64,000 nt of DNA from Toensbergia leucococca. Lineage: Eukaryota. A program made the translations under genes and the position numbers. The notes beneath the pieces were generated by a model that was given only the letters and a program-made list of their open reading frames with translations, did not search any database and was not told the DNA's origin. This document shows positions 23,591-37,225 of this stretch, piece by piece. The stretch is from positions 434,001-498,000 of the forward strand of contig JALDZS010000001.1 in the NCBI GenBank assembly GCA_022813965.1. The letters run 5' to 3'. The number at the start of each line of letters is the position of its first letter. Positions within the stretch are counted from its first letter, which is position 1.

Positions 23591-24470
23591 ATGGCAGATA
23601 GATTCCCATCACTAGAAGACTTCTCAGCAGGTGCGCCCAACTGTGCTATTCCCCCCGAAATCGATTGCAAAAGCTGATTCAATCAACAGGCCAAACCGAA
23701 GCTAAGGGCAATGGCATAATCGACCTTGACGATGCCCCTGCCGGCGATGACTTCCTATCCCGCGAGAGGGCACTGCTCGGCGACGACGCAGCCCAGTTCG
23801 CATCAACTAACGACAACCATGCCAACATCCAAGCCGATGACGACTTCGACCTTCTCGGTGGTGGGGACACCTATAATGACAGGGACACCGACGGTGAGGA
23901 AGTTACTGAGTTTGAAAGCTCCTACCCTGCAATTGATACACGAAACGACCATATGGCTCCCGGAGGAACCATCACCGGCTCAAGCGAACCTTTCCTTCCC
24001 GGCCAACCGCAATCGTCATATGGTACATACAGTGCCCCGGAAGAGGAGCCAGATGTCATCAGGTATGATTCCATTTCTCCCCGACCCCCCTGAATCGTTC
24101 AAGCTGAACACCTCCCAGAGAATGGCGTGAACGGCGCGATCTCTCCCTCCAACACCGCTCCACCACCTCTGCCTCCCGCAAAGATGAAACCGTCAAGTCA
24201 GCACAAACAGCAATTGACGACTTCTACGAAAACTACAACCTCAAAAAAGACAAGACCATTGCTCAGACGCGCAAAGACGCTGAAGAATTCATGGCGAATC
24301 GAGAAGATACTTCGGCTGGAGGCACGAGTTGGGAGCGCATTGCCAGGTTGGTGGATTTGAGCGGGAAGGGTGCTCGAGGGGGAGGGAGTGGGGGAGGAAA
24401 GGAGAGGTTTAGGGAGCTATTGGTTGAGTTGAGGAAGGATGAGAAGGCACCAGGGAGCACGGGATATTAA
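23591..24470 (+). CDS. CLC1: Clathrin light chain, 3 exons
   Basis: MADRFPSLEDF, DDFLSRERALLGDDA, EEEPDVIR|EWRERR, GGTSWERIARLVDL, KERFRELL. Confidence 0.93.
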
Positions 24471-24857
24471 GATGATGAGAGGAGGTTGGGGGAGAAGAGA
24501 CTATGTGGTTGAGGGAGGTGCTTTGCAGAAAAAGGCGTTTGGGATGTGGAATGCTTTGCTGTACCGGGTCTGCTACGGCACATGTCATCGATGAGTGTGA
24601 AAGCGAGAGTGTAGTCATAAAATCATGAGCATCTTGAACGCAAGAAGCTTTAGAGTCTTTTGAGAAGTCATGTGGATCCGAGATGAATATCAAATGAATG
24701 GGGGTGGGCGACAAACAAAGAAATGCCAAGCGGTTGCAGCGTATTCTGAACAGGTACGCTAAATGTGCTAGAGAAGTCAACCAGTCCTTTTTACACCATG
24801 CAAATCACAGCGGGGACAAAGTTATGAAGCCTTTTCAAGCCCGCAAGCTAAATAGCA

Positions 24858-26473
24858 TCAATCCAGATCCGCAACTTCCACTTCTTCCGCTTCTCCCACC
24901 TCGTCTACCTCATCCACCTCGTCACCACCACCCACGACCTCCTTTTCCCTTTCAGCCTGCCTCTCCAAATCCCTCAACTTCTCCTGCCCTTCCTCAGTAG
25001 TCCCATCAATCACCCCCTCCTCCAAACTCAACATCCCCCCTTGCCCCAACTGATCCACCACCTCCTCCGCCTCCTCCACACTCATCTTCCCCAAAACCTC
25101 ATTCACGCTATCCAAACTCCCGCTCTCCAACGCCCGCTGCAAGCCCGGTGGGAAGCGCTCAAACACCACTCGAGCCTTCTGCTCCACTTCCTCGCTGCTG
25201 CCGGGTTGCGGGATGTTGATGTGGATTTTTGTGTTGGGGTCTACAGCGTGGAGCTGGATCTGCTCGACCTCTGCGGATTTGGGGTTTGCGGCGCGCTCGG
25301 CGGCGAGGTCGGCGGTGCGGGTTCGGATGCGGTTGTAGGTGTCGTTGACGTCGTCGAGGAAGACTTTTTGGGCTTGGTGGCCTGGGGTGGTTATTCTGGG
25401 AGGTGGGTTAGTGGATGCTTTGAAAGCGGGGTGGAAGTATTCGGTGCTTACCGTTTGAAGAAGAGACCGACGCCATCTTTGCCAAGGGAGCGGCAGTATT
25501 GGAGCAGGAGGGCTTGGTGGACACACTGTTTTCCGTAGGAATCTTTGCCGTCCATTTGGGCGTTGAAGGCTTCCATTAGGAGGCCATCGGTTTCTCGTTC
25601 GGCAACTACCTCGTGATGCTGGGAAATGAATTGTAGGCATGATTTGTAGTCGCCTACTTTTATCTTTGCGAATTCTTTACCTAGTTGCGTGGGTTCAATG
25701 TGTTCGTCGTCCGGGTCTGCTGAGTTGCTCAGTGGCTCGTCGATGTCTGCGTCGGCGCCTGATTCAGCACTATCTAGACGGGTCATGTTGGGTTTATCCA
25801 AAGATGCAGGGTTGAGGACTTCGACTGCCTCGGCTTTGGGCTTTGAAGTTGGCCTGGATGTTTGTTTTGCTTTTTCTTTCTCCTTTTCTTTGGATATGGA
25901 TGATGTGTTGAACCCTGTGTGTATGCTGTCACTTGTGATTTTCCGACCCTCTTCTCTCTCGAGTTCATTCAGCTTCACCATAAGCTCTTTCTGCAAATCA
26001 AGGACCTTCTGCTGGTGTGATTCGATACCCTTTAAATACTTTGTGTACCATTGATTAGATTTGTAGGTACCCACCTCCTTTTTAACTTGATCTACTAGGC
26101 CAGCCATCATCTGAGAGTAACGAGGCTGTTCGGTCTTAGTATGAACTCCTTCCGGAGGCCTTGGTGGTTGGTCCAATTCGGGGTCTCCAGCACATTCCAT
26201 CAAAGCTTGCATCATGAAATCATCCGGGCTCCTAGCACTGGCTTCGTGACTACGCAACGAACCCAGAAGAGTGTCAATTCGCTGTAATAGACCATTGTTG
26301 ACGATACGCTCGTACTTGAGGGTCTCAATCTGATGGCGTCGGTCATGGCGTTGCTGATGTATCTGATTTTGCTTGGCCCGTATGAAGGAACGTTTGTCAA
26401 CATTGGGGTGGACCTCGATATCGGAGTCATCAGACAGCTCTAGAGCGTCCCATTTGCTGTAATCAAGGACCAT
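24858..26473 (-). CDS. CDC37: Hsp90 co-chaperone Cdc37, 2 exons
   Basis: MVLDYSKWDALELSDDSDIEVHPNVDKRSFIRAKQ; VHQALLLQYC; EQIQLHAVDP; LQRALESGSLD. Confidence 0.96.
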
Positions 26474-26758
26474 GATATAAATCAATTGCTCTTAATTTAG
26501 GATGTCATAGGTTGAAACAGGTTTGTCATTGGCAGTCAAAGTCGCGAAGTTGGTGTTATGGTCCCCTCGGTCTACCCTACCAGGTCATCCACTTTTCGGG
26601 CCGTTTGAATTCCATCTGGAACAAACATCGCCCGAACGCCTAACTGTATCGCTGTCTACGTTTACCCACACCGACATCGGCAGTCAAATTCATCCGCTCC
26701 GCTTGGTACCAAGTCAACCGTCATGGACTACTTTCTACAGAAGACTTCCCAAAAAGTC

Positions 26759-29325
26759 ATGAGCACTAAGTTGCTCTTTGGCCGATCACTGATAGTTCCT
26801 CGCCTGGCCAATTTGCAAAATCTCCACTCGGTCGTACAGAATCAGAACGTCCAGATATCGTTGAGTTTTTATGCTCAAGGCTTCACCACGTCTGCTGCGT
26901 TGAATGGGACTGCTTTTTCGATTAATCCGGTTCACCAATTCGTTCCCGCCCGCGCACACCGTTCGCCTTCTCCCATCTTATCACGAACACTCCTAGGCAA
27001 TACAAAATGGTTATCAACTACGCGAATACTCCAAGAAGTCCAAGCACATCAGGTATCGAAGGAGTCAAAAACGGAGTCGAAGCCAGCTCAGGAAGACGAT
27101 GATTTGCTTCCCGAAGACGAGGAACGCGGTTTTGCTAGGTCGGAGAAAGCCAATCAGGCTGCGAAAGTTAATCTCAGCGCGAGACTTAGCAAGCATGGCA
27201 ATGGTAATGATAATGGCGAATCGAACGGCAATGGCAATAATCAGACGGCTGGTTGGGATGAAATCTGGAGACTGGTGAAGATAGCCCGACCAGAAGCGAA
27301 AGTTCTTTCTCTGGCGTTCGGTTTTCTCCTGTTGTCGTCTTCGATCTCTATGGTGGTTCCATTTTCCATCGGCAAGATCATCGACATTGCCACGAAAGGG
27401 GACTCCGAGACTCGGATCGATCAAATATTTGGACTAAGCCTCCCAACATTCTACCTTTCACTCGGCTGCTTATTGACTGTGGCTGCTGCCGCAAACTACG
27501 GACGGATTGTTGTACTCCGAATTGTTGGTGAGAGAATTGTTGCCCGGCTTCGATCCCACCTTTTCCGTCAAACCTTCATCCAAAATGCCGAGTTCTTTGA
27601 CGCAAATCGTGTTGGTGATTTAATATCTCGCTTGAGCAATGACACGATTATCGTTGGGAAAGCCATTACTTCAAACCTGTCCGATGGATTACGTGCCTTG
27701 GTCAGCGGCAGCGCAGGGATTGCCTTGATGGCATACGTTAGTCTGAAGCTCACCACAATTTTGACCCTCATGTTTCCGTTTGTGGCAGTCGGATCCTTCT
27801 TTTATGGGAAAGCTATTCGGAACATAAGTCGAAAGATCCAACGGAATCTTGGTACATTGAGTAAGATTGCCGAAGAGCGCCTAGGAAGCGTGAGGACGAG
27901 TCAAGCGTTCGCCGGTGAAATCCTAGAGGTCGCGAGATACAACAAGCAAATAAAGAAGGTCTTTTTCTTAGGGAAGACTGAGGCGCTTTACACGGCTGCA
28001 TTCTTCGCTGTTGTATGTTGTCATCTGCAAACATAAGGAGCTTATACTGACACTATTAGAACGGCATAATGGGGAACATGGCAATACTCGCAGTCCTCTA
28101 CGTTGGAGGAGGAATGGTCAAATCCGGAGCTATCAGCATTGGAGACCTATCCTCGTTCCTCATGTACAGTGCATACGCCGGCTCTAGTCTTACTGGACTA
28201 TCAAGCTTCTATTCGGAATTGATGAAGGGTGTCGGAGCAGCAAGCCGCTTGTTCGAACTCCAAGATCGTCAGCCTAGTATCTCCCCAACTGTCGGTCTGC
28301 CAGTCAAGTCCGCTCGGGGTCCCATCCGCTTCGAAAAACTTACCTTCAGCTATCCCACTCGTCCGGCCGTCAAAATCTTCGAGAACTTGGACTTTGAGAT
28401 TCCTCAAGGGACCAATGTTGCAATCGTAGGCCCCTCTGGCGGCGGAAAATCTACCATCGCACAACTCCTCCTTCGCTTCTACTCTCCGGTCCAAGGCGCC
28501 ATCAAGATCAACGGTGTGGATATCTCGACAATGAATGTCAAAGCACTACGTCGTAAAATTGGTCTCGTCGCCCAAGAGCCCGTGCTTTTCTCTGGTACCA
28601 TTGTAGACAACATTGCTTACGCAAAGCCTGGTGCAACGCTTGCCGAAGTCATGGCTGCAGCCAGCAAGGCCAATTGCCAGTTCATCAACGACCTCCCTGA
28701 CGGCTTCGACACCTCCGTTGGGGCGCGCGGCACCCAGCTCTCGGGTGGCCAGAAACAGCGTATCGCCATCGCACGTGCCCTGGTCAAGGAACCGGACATT
28801 CTGATCCTGGATGAAGGTAAAATCTCCCTATCTCATTACTCAATCCTTGCTTCATCCTCATCAACCCTGGACCCACCCCCCTTTTCATAAAAAATAGTTA
28901 GAGAAATACAAAAGCTAACCCCTCCCCGCACCACAGCCACTTCCGCCCTCGACGCCGAATCCGAAACCCTCGTCAATTCCGCGCTCACCGCGCTCCTCAA
29001 GGGCAACAATACAACCATAAGCATCGCCCATCGCCTCTCCACCATCCAACGGTCCGATATCATCATCGTCCTCTCCTCGGACGGCACCGTCGCCGAGCAG
29101 GGAACCTATAAGGACCTCTCGCAGCGAAACGGCGCGTTCACCAAGCTGATGGAGTGGCAGATGAATGGAGGCGGGGAGGAGAGGCATGGGGAGGTTGAGG
29201 AGAGTCAGGGGCTGGGCGAGGAAGAGAGTGCTGAGGCTGCGGTGGGGGAGGGAGCGATGTTGGGGGGTGAGGGGGAGATTGTTGTTGGTGTGGTGGCTGA
29301 GAAGGTTGAGGGAAAGAAGGTGTAG
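26759..29325 (+). CDS. MDL1: Mitochondrial half-size ABC transporter (ABCB10/Mdl1-like), 3 exons; alternative upstream ATG at 26723
   Basis: Presequence-like N-terminus; TM domain with FFDANRVGDLISRL; Walker A GPSGGGKST; LSGGQKQRIAIARA; ILDE|ATSALDAESE; IAHRLSTI. Confidence 0.92.
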
Positions 29326-29755
29326 GTTGGCTGGGCTTGAACGGGGGGGGGATGCATCGGCGATATGACTGTCACGGTGGTTTTTTCTTTCCTTCACGCG
29401 TGCAAACGGCGGATGCGGAGCCAGGAGGCGTTCATTGGATGCGATGGCATCGGCTGGTGGGGGCTATTGTGGAAAACAGCACGCTTCTCGATTTCTGTAT
29501 TTTAGATCATGTCCCCAAAGCTGCAAGATTTGCCACAACGTTCCATTTGGCCGCCCCTTCTTCTGTGCACGATACATGTGCGTTGTTCCCTAGATGTTGC
29601 AGTCCCTTGAAATGCCAAGATGCCAAAAAAGAATTCCCAGCTCCAGTCAAGATCGGCCCAGATCTCCAGCCCCATCATGCACCATGTGAAAACCCACGCA
29701 TCTCCCCCATAAAATCCGACCACCATAACGCCGACCAACCCCTGAACACAACAGC

Positions 29756-31188
29756 TCAAACCCCGGCCACCGAGAAACTAGCCAAACTCCCCACGGACAA
29801 GCCTCCCACAAGCATCAACCCCATAAACCCGCCCCCAGCTTCCCGCTCCTCCTTCTCCACCCACACCCCTGCAGCAATCATGCAACAACTCCCCAACCAC
29901 CCATTACTCATCCCGAACAAAAATTGCACCACGACCAAATAGAAGAAATCGCTCTCGACCACCGCTCCGCGGCCTTTGATGTTACATAGTAAATACAGCG
30001 GTATAAACGCCAGGCGCAGGAGCGAGAGCAGGAATAAAGTGCGCGGGTAGCGGAGGGGTTTCAGGTTTGGGGAGAGGGTGAGGAGGCGCCCAGCTAGGTC
30101 GCCTGAATTCCAGAAGAGGAAGCCTAGCGGGATGAAGCATGCTGGGCGGAAGAGGCGCGGGGTGGAGGGCGAGGGTGGCCGCACGGAGAGAATTTCTTGC
30201 GTGAAGACGGGGAAGAGCATTGTGACGGCGAAGCAGAGGAAGACGGCCATGGCGGGGTATTTGAGTTTGAGGAAGAGCGACCACATGCCGACGACTTTTC
30301 TTTCCGGGTTATCATCTTCTTCTTCGGTGCCGCCGCCGTCGAGGACTTCGACGGTAGTTTTGGCGGCTTTTTTGTCTTCTGGGTGGAGGCGGAGAAGGAT
30401 GAGCGTGAATGCGCCAAGGGTTGTGGCGGAGACGATTGTGGCCGTGAGGAAGTAGGCGAAAGCTGATTTGGGGGTTTCTTTACCGGCGCCCGAGTCGTCT
30501 TCAGGCACGGAGAGTACGCTCACGATTTGCGCGACACATGGTAGGACGCCTGCTATTGCCTGTCCGGTCATAATCGCCTGCGTGTATTCACCTACCCCGA
30601 AACTTGTTACGTAAGCAAAGACGCCATTTTGACAGAGACCTGTAGCGAGACTCGCGGCGAAGACGATGACCATCAGGAAAGCGAAGTAGACTTCGGGGGA
30701 GAAGGAGCGGAAGAGGAGGGTTGAGATGGCGAGGAGGGTGAAGGCTGTGAAGTTGAGGATCAAAGAGACGGTGATGCGAGTGGGGTAAGATGCTGTGCGT
30801 TGGAGGTGGGTGAGGAGGGCCATGGAGGCTAGGTTGGTGAGGGTTGAGTTTGTGAGGATTGAGGGCTGGAAGTGAGTAAGGAGCCAGGGGGAATGGGAGA
30901 AGCGGTGCTGGAAGTAGGGCGCGGCGGCAAGGAACATGTTCCTGTAGGGAAGAAGGGGCTGTTAACAATCTGGGTATACTGGTATAGAGGGGAGGGGTCG
31001 TAGTACCAGGCCCATAGCATAGAAACACCGAGGAGGAGGAAGATGCTGTATTCGAGGCGAGAGAATTTGGGGGTGTGAGAGTCTGGGAATGAGTCTTCAT
31101 TTTCGCCATGGAAGCTATCGCTGAGAGGCTCGTAGGAGGGCGATAACGAGCGTTGCCGGGTCTTGATGGCTCTACGAACGCGCTCCAT
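29756..31188 (-). CDS. FUN26: Equilibrative nucleoside transporter (Fun26-like), 2 exons
   Basis: FLLLGVSMLWAW|NMFLAAAPYF; YTQAIMTGQAIAG; FLFWNSGDLAGR; FGMSNGWLGS; many TM helices. Confidence 0.88.
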
Positions 31189-31616
31189 GGGCGCGGTGAC
31201 GAGGAAGCAACGGGGGGAGGAAAAGATGGATTAATGAAGGGCCTCATCGATGTATGAATAGCATCGTTGCTTTTGCATGGGCCACCACAAGGCGAGTTAG
31301 AGGGTAGCAGAGGCAAGTGATGATGATCATGAGACGTCTACTCCGTACCACATAATACAATATATCTATGACAGTAGGACTTTGACCCACCACCACCACG
31401 TCGGCACGCTCAAAGTCCAATCAATACAATGCCAAGCCCGCAAGGGCTTATCATAGGAATGATTCCTCCTTCCTCTCTCATCACCTCATTTTCAATTTCT
31501 TCTAGCTATCGATCCCACTTGCATCCATTGATGCTTGCGAAAATGGAGGCTATCGCAGACCACAAACAAGCTTCCAGGTCCTGAAGCCTGCACACTAAAT
31601 CCTACCATGGTGACAC

Positions 31617-32018
31617 TCAAGGGGCCCCAGTGGTAACAACGCAATCCCCCACAACAACCACCCTCGTCCTCGCTTGATCAATAAATATCTTTTCGTCCTT
31701 GGCAATCTTCTCTGCTGTCTCTACCTGGCCTATACTTGCGAAGAAGGCCTGGAAAGCCGCCTCATCCTCAAACACCAATTCCGAAATTGCATCGTATTCA
31801 AAGTCAGCTTGTGCTCCTACCAAGATTGTGGCCGGGTAGTCAGCGTTGGTGGTGCTGCTCTCGGATCGTTGGATATAACGTCGCGTGTGTGTCTTGGGGA
31901 AGTGGGTCCCGGCGAGGGATTGAAGTATCGGCATGTGGCTGGATTCATAATGGGATTAAAAGGCGGCAGGTGAAAGGCCGGGCTTGCGGTAGAAGAAGGC
32001 GAGGATGATGTAGGGCAT
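31617..32018 (-). pseudogene. EthD-domain protein with a premature stop at codon 21
   Basis: MPYIILAFFYRKPGLSPAAF*SHYESSHMPIL...FPKTHTRRYI...FEYDAISELVFEDEAAF...DEKIFID; TAA at 31956-31958. Confidence 0.75.
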
Positions 32019-33245
32019 CGTACTCAGATTTCCCGCGAGTGAGTGTCTAATTGTCGATGTGTTTGGAGAAGTATCTCTGAGTATGATGAATATCGCGTCT
32101 GCAGTGGTTACCTATCCTAAGGTAGATGAGTTGATAAATCAATCAAAGAAGATTTCGGCTTGTTTCGGCTCATCCTGTTGAACGTGATGTACCTAGATCG
32201 ATGATATGGTTACATGTACACTAGCTGGGATCCACCTATATGGATGTGCTTGTTCCCCCACCTAGGTACTCCATATCACTTGTTTCATTATCTTTTTTCA
32301 GCTCAAGCATATCTCGCTGAAGCTTGAGAATCCGTCTTGCGTGTCTACTAAATTCAAGCAGTCAGTACATAAACCAAAAGCAGATTCCTTTGGAACATTT
32401 CTAATCAGTCTCTATTTCAAGAGTCACAAAGAGCTCGAGTACAAACATTTTTGAACGTCAAGAGTCCCGGGACAACATCCCATATCTCCCTTCTCAATCT
32501 TTCGGCCCACCACCCGGTTGACCGCCTACCCGAGCACCCGAGCATAATGCAGTGCCTCAAGGCCAGCAGTGAAAGCAGCCTGCTGCATGACTTCCCTGAA
32601 CATAGAGATACTGAACCCATCTAACAGCTCTGAAAGCAGTCTCGTACCAGCCCTGCTCAAACCTCCTATGCACGTTTTTCAAGCCTTTGTTGACTATGCC
32701 GAAGGCCTGAAGGGATATAGTCGCCATTATCCTCATGGCATTAGCGACAAGGACAGCTTTGCAAAAGAACGAGACACACAAAGCCTGTCCCATAACACTT
32801 ATAGTTGCAGGGAGACACCATGCTAGAGTCATGAGGAGAGGAAGGAGTCGTGGTATGAATGCAGCTTCCCTATCAGCATCAATTTGTTCCCGAGGTAATC
32901 GAATATCACTATGCAGGCGTGGCCGCCTGTGAAGGGCTTTAGGTGATATTTCGGGACCGGGTGCGACATCACTGCGTCAATCTTTTCCCCACGCTTAGAC
33001 GAGAGACTTTATATGACAACAACAGGTGACCGTCTTTCGTGACAACTCAAGCTGCATTTATAAGTTGACAGATATCATGAGGCTGTCGATTCTTGAGCTC
33101 TTTGCGTTTGCCGTGGGAATCAGTCCCTATCTGCTCTCAAATCGGCCCATGTGTCCTGCTTGCCAGGAATGATAACGCAGTATGCAGATGAGATGTTTGT
33201 GTTCGGACTCTCAGCCAGTTCCGCATCTCCAAAGTATACCAATCC

Positions 33246-35054
33246 CTATAAGTCTTCCCTGATCAAGTCCGAAATATTCATTGAACCTTCCTTGACGATA
33301 GCCTCCACAAGTCCCTTTGCGGAATCAAATCCCCACTCAGCTATGTTTTCGGGCTTCATCCTCGTCTCGAGACCGCGCAGAAAATCCATTATTCGACTTC
33401 CGGTTTTGTCCTTTACACTGGGTGCATTCGTATGTCGTAGCAATTCAGAGACAAGATGCCATAGCCACAAGATGTTGGTTTCTGGTAGATATTTGTGCCA
33501 GTCCTCCGCTTCATCATGTTCTCTTGCACGTCGAAGTAGCAGCTCGTTCATTTCTCTGTAGATTTGATACTGGAGCTGACCCTCTCCACTAAGGTAGTCC
33601 TCGCCGATGACCTTGCACAGAACACGATCTTCTGCTAGGGTTGCTCGTGATAATGAGAAGTCTATAATTGTGACTTCAAGTTCGCGTTTCGGCGTATCTG
33701 GCGTGTCTAGCGACTTGACACAGATATTTCCTAGATGCAGATCGCGGTGTTCGAAACTTGCGTCTTGTTCTCCTCTCATGACAGCCAATGCTACTTTCCA
33801 AAATATCTCCCAGGTGCACCCCACCTCCAAGGTAATCCTAGTCAGCGATTCTTCGAGCCCTTCGCCAGCATCTGTCATCTCGATCAGCAACCATAGTTGA
33901 TCTCGTCGATATGAGCGAAAGCGAGAAGAAGAAGCTACTCTTTTCGTGTAGGCCTTATGCGTCTTTGCTAGAGCTGCTGGTAGTTGTCCGCAGAGTACCC
34001 AGGCGCTACGAAACTCCACATAGCCGGGAATCTCTGTCATCCTTGCCAGCAATTCAATCTCGTTGGCAGCATCGCCAGGGCTAGTGAATTCGTCTTCGTT
34101 CAATTTTCGGCCCCTGACCGCTCTTGAATTTAGGGGCATCAGCTTCAATACCCCAACGTCTCTGCTATTATCGTTGGACTTTAATTTATACACGCTCCCA
34201 AAAGTCCCTTCCGCTGTTTTTTCAAAGGTACTTGATATTGCACGTTCTTTGATCCACTTCGAGAGAACTTCCACCGTTGAGTTGACGTCCACTAAATCGG
34301 TCAAAGGTTTCAGGTATTCTTCAGTAAGTTTGTCGATTGCAGCTGGGTGCGAAGGGTAAGTACAGTCTAACGGACTAGGTATCGGGCTTGCAATCGATGT
34401 CATGGCTACTCCGTTGGGATCTACGGGAGATAGGATTGATCGGTCCTCTCCTCTCAACTTGTCGTTCTTTAATGACACTGTCTTCATAGAGATTTTACTG
34501 CTCTCATTGTCCCCAGATGATGATGGCTTCCGCACGCCCCTAGTACTCGAAAGTAGGAGCGGCGTGCTTTCTATAGGGAGTCCAAGGATCTTATCTTCCT
34601 CTTTAGTTGGATGTTTCGTGTCCTTCTTTCCCTTGGCATTTCTCATCTCGGAGGTCTCGATTTCCAGGTCCTTGTCGTCGTGAAGGCGAAACACTTGGTC
34701 ATGCTCATCATTCTCCGCCTCAACTTCCGCGTCTGATGAGCTTGCTATCGTCTTCCTCGTGTTCTCATTTGATTCATTGACGCAATCCCTGTGTTTTAAG
34801 CTTCCATTATTACATGATTTTAATTTTAGAGGCGTGCGTGGAAGAAATTTCTCATTCTTTCTATTATTCTCGCGTTTTTGCCGTGTCGTTGCGCAGCTTT
34901 TTTCCCTGTTCTCACAGTCCGAGTCTGTAAAGATCAGCGGCAGCGGTACGAACACTCCTCGAAATGTCATACCTTGCTCTGACGGAGGCATCCTAAGCTT
35001 ATCAAATGCGGCTGCAAGGTCATGTTGCCTAATCTTCTTGCCGTATACCTTCAT
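33246..35054 (-). CDS. Haspin-family protein kinase (Alk1/2-like)
   Basis: AEGTFGSVY, VLKLMP, FEHRDLHLGNI, IIDFSLSRA, QYQIYREM, PETNILWL. Confidence 0.9.
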   Translation of the reverse strand: MKVYGKKIRQHDLAAAFDKLRMPPSEQGMTFRGVFVPLPLIFTDSDCENREKSCATTRQKRENNRKNEKFLPRTPLKLKSCNNGSLKHRDCVNESNENTRKTIASSSDAEVEAENDEHDQVFRLHDDKDLEIETSEMRNAKGKKDTKHPTKEEDKILGLPIESTPLLLSSTRGVRKPSSSGDNESSKISMKTVSLKNDKLRGEDRSILSPVDPNGVAMTSIASPIPSPLDCTYPSHPAAIDKLTEEYLKPLTDLVDVNSTVEVLSKWIKERAISSTFEKTAEGTFGSVYKLKSNDNSRDVGVLKLMPLNSRAVRGRKLNEDEFTSPGDAANEIELLARMTEIPGYVEFRSAWVLCGQLPAALAKTHKAYTKRVASSSRFRSYRRDQLWLLIEMTDAGEGLEESLTRITLEVGCTWEIFWKVALAVMRGEQDASFEHRDLHLGNICVKSLDTPDTPKRELEVTIIDFSLSRATLAEDRVLCKVIGEDYLSGEGQLQYQIYREMNELLLRRAREHDEAEDWHKYLPETNILWLWHLVSELLRHTNAPSVKDKTGSRIMDFLRGLETRMKPENIAEWGFDSAKGLVEAIVKEGSMNISDLIREDL

Positions 35055-37225
35055 GTTGGCTGCTATTTTTCCCGTGCCTCAGACGATCTGTACTTTATTA
35101 TCTGTCTGTTCACAGAGAACTTGTACAAGGTGTTTTCGGTAAACAGACTGCCTGAAGACGTTAGCGATGTTGATCCGCGGGGACCCTGCTAGAATATTCT
35201 AGTGTGGGATTATCCGAGCCGAGGAATCTTGAGTGATGAGATCTCAAGTCCACCAAAGAACATGCCAGGAAATCTTATCAGCGCCATCATCAGTAGGTAT
35301 GCGATTCGTCAATGATGCAATAACGGACCTCTTCAAAATTCACCATGACATTTTTCGACATGACAATTCACCAACCCGAAAGCCACAAGGTGTGTCAAGG
35401 CACTGATCTCACAGAGCTGTACAACCGCCTACAGAAATGAAATCGCAATGCTACACGGTTCTGAAGTCCAAGGCAAAGGCTGGCTTTGGATTTTCCGATA
35501 TTATGTCAATATACATGAGGCTGGCGTTCACACTATATGTTGTAGATTAAAGATCTCTTTTCCTCGACTAGTCATTGGGGTTCAACCCCAGATAATCACT
35601 ATATCGTCCCCTTAATAGCAGCTAATCAATATTGCCATCTGCCAAGCTTCCAAGCCTTCTCTCTCGACATACTCGGAATTGCCTTCGCGGCAGATTCGAT
35701 GAGTCGTGAGGAGGGACGACGGTATCGATATACCGTGCTTTAACCAGGAGGAAGCCAGCCGGAGAGCAGACTCTGAGGGCATTTTTGGGGAGGGAGGTTC
35801 GTATGGAGCCGTTTTGAAAATGATAGATTTGAGGAGTTGAGACTGATTTGGGCTTCATGGGCCCAGGAGAGTGATGAAGCGGGACGATGAGAACAAGTGT
35901 GATGTTAATTTGTATCTGGGGTTTTTTGGCATACTCTTTCATGGATTCTGATCGTCTGTTGTGTTCACATTTGTTTGATTGCCGAATCTTCAGTTGTGGT
36001 TACCTCTTCAATTGTTGAATGGATCCCAGCTTTTTCTCTTTTTTCTTTTTTCCTCCTCTCTTTCCCCCATATCTTTGCCTTTGACATTTGAGCTGCGATT
36101 AACACCAATTTCCTACTGTATTTTTGCACACGCTATTCTAATGGCGCATCCGGGGAAGCGGGGTCAGCTTCCCTCGATTTATCGGATCGAACAGCGCGCT
36201 TAGGCCCAACCTCATCCCTTGTTTTTCAAGCCATACAACAAACTGATTGCTTTCCTTCGAGTGAAATGGTGTGGTCGATCTCGATTAGACAGGCTGATTA
36301 ATCAAACTCAATTGGTGGAAAGCGTGGGCCAGCCAATCGGAATTCATGTTGATCTTCTTCCAGCCTAGGACCTTTCCCTGCAGTCATTCTGCCAGACTTC
36401 CCCACCCCGCTATCCCCTCACTGTCGTATGTCAGACTGCGATCGACCATGCTGCAACTCCGCATACGCCATAGAGATGAAGTTACAGCGTCTTCGCACAC
36501 AGGTTCTCCCTTGCTGAAGACCCTAAGCACTCTGCTGAAAGGCTTGATTGAGCAGAACGGGCCCCTAAACGAGCCTAGCAAGCTAAACGTGGTGGAAGGT
36601 AGCCCGCTATAATACGATGCTGTGCATCTAATATCAAGCTCTCAGAATGCGTGATACACACATAACCTATGATGAACTGCTCACTCAGAGGGAAAGCTAT
36701 CGTGCTATTGGTAGGCACTTCATTGAGATTAGCCTCTACACACCACCTTTGGATGGAGGATGGCTCTGCACGTTATCTATGCTGAGTTGTTCATCCGGAT
36801 GAAAGGGCATTGTGTAGTTGGTAGACACACCATCGAGATGAGGAACAGGGATCCTGCTTGGTATGGCTGCCATATGGGAAGCCCCCAAAACAGCGAACCA
36901 CAACCGCCGATGCCTCGCAAAGTGACTCCTAGCCGCTATCAGAATGACAGCACCCTTGAATCAGGGCCTTTGGACCCTCGGCAAATACATTTTGAGAATA
37001 GCAAAATGTTGGCTGCGCCAACATCGGCCTTTGTTCTGTCTATGTCGGCTTTTGACTGACCTGTGTCGGCCTTTGACCAGTCTGTGGGGAAGTCTATGGA
37101 GAGCAATTCCATCGAAATGAAGCTCTTCGTCTATATAAGGCTTGCAAGAACTCACTATGTCTTCGCTATAGAAGAACACATTCTTCTCATCAAAAGCCAC
37201 CATTACCGTCAAAGACGCCCAAAAA

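Noticed and set aside
22009..34683. Many long antisense or alternate-frame ORFs (e.g. 22009-22518, 25041-25538, 29337-29942, 30588-31316)
   Set aside because: Shadows of real genes caused by GC-rich, skewed codon usage
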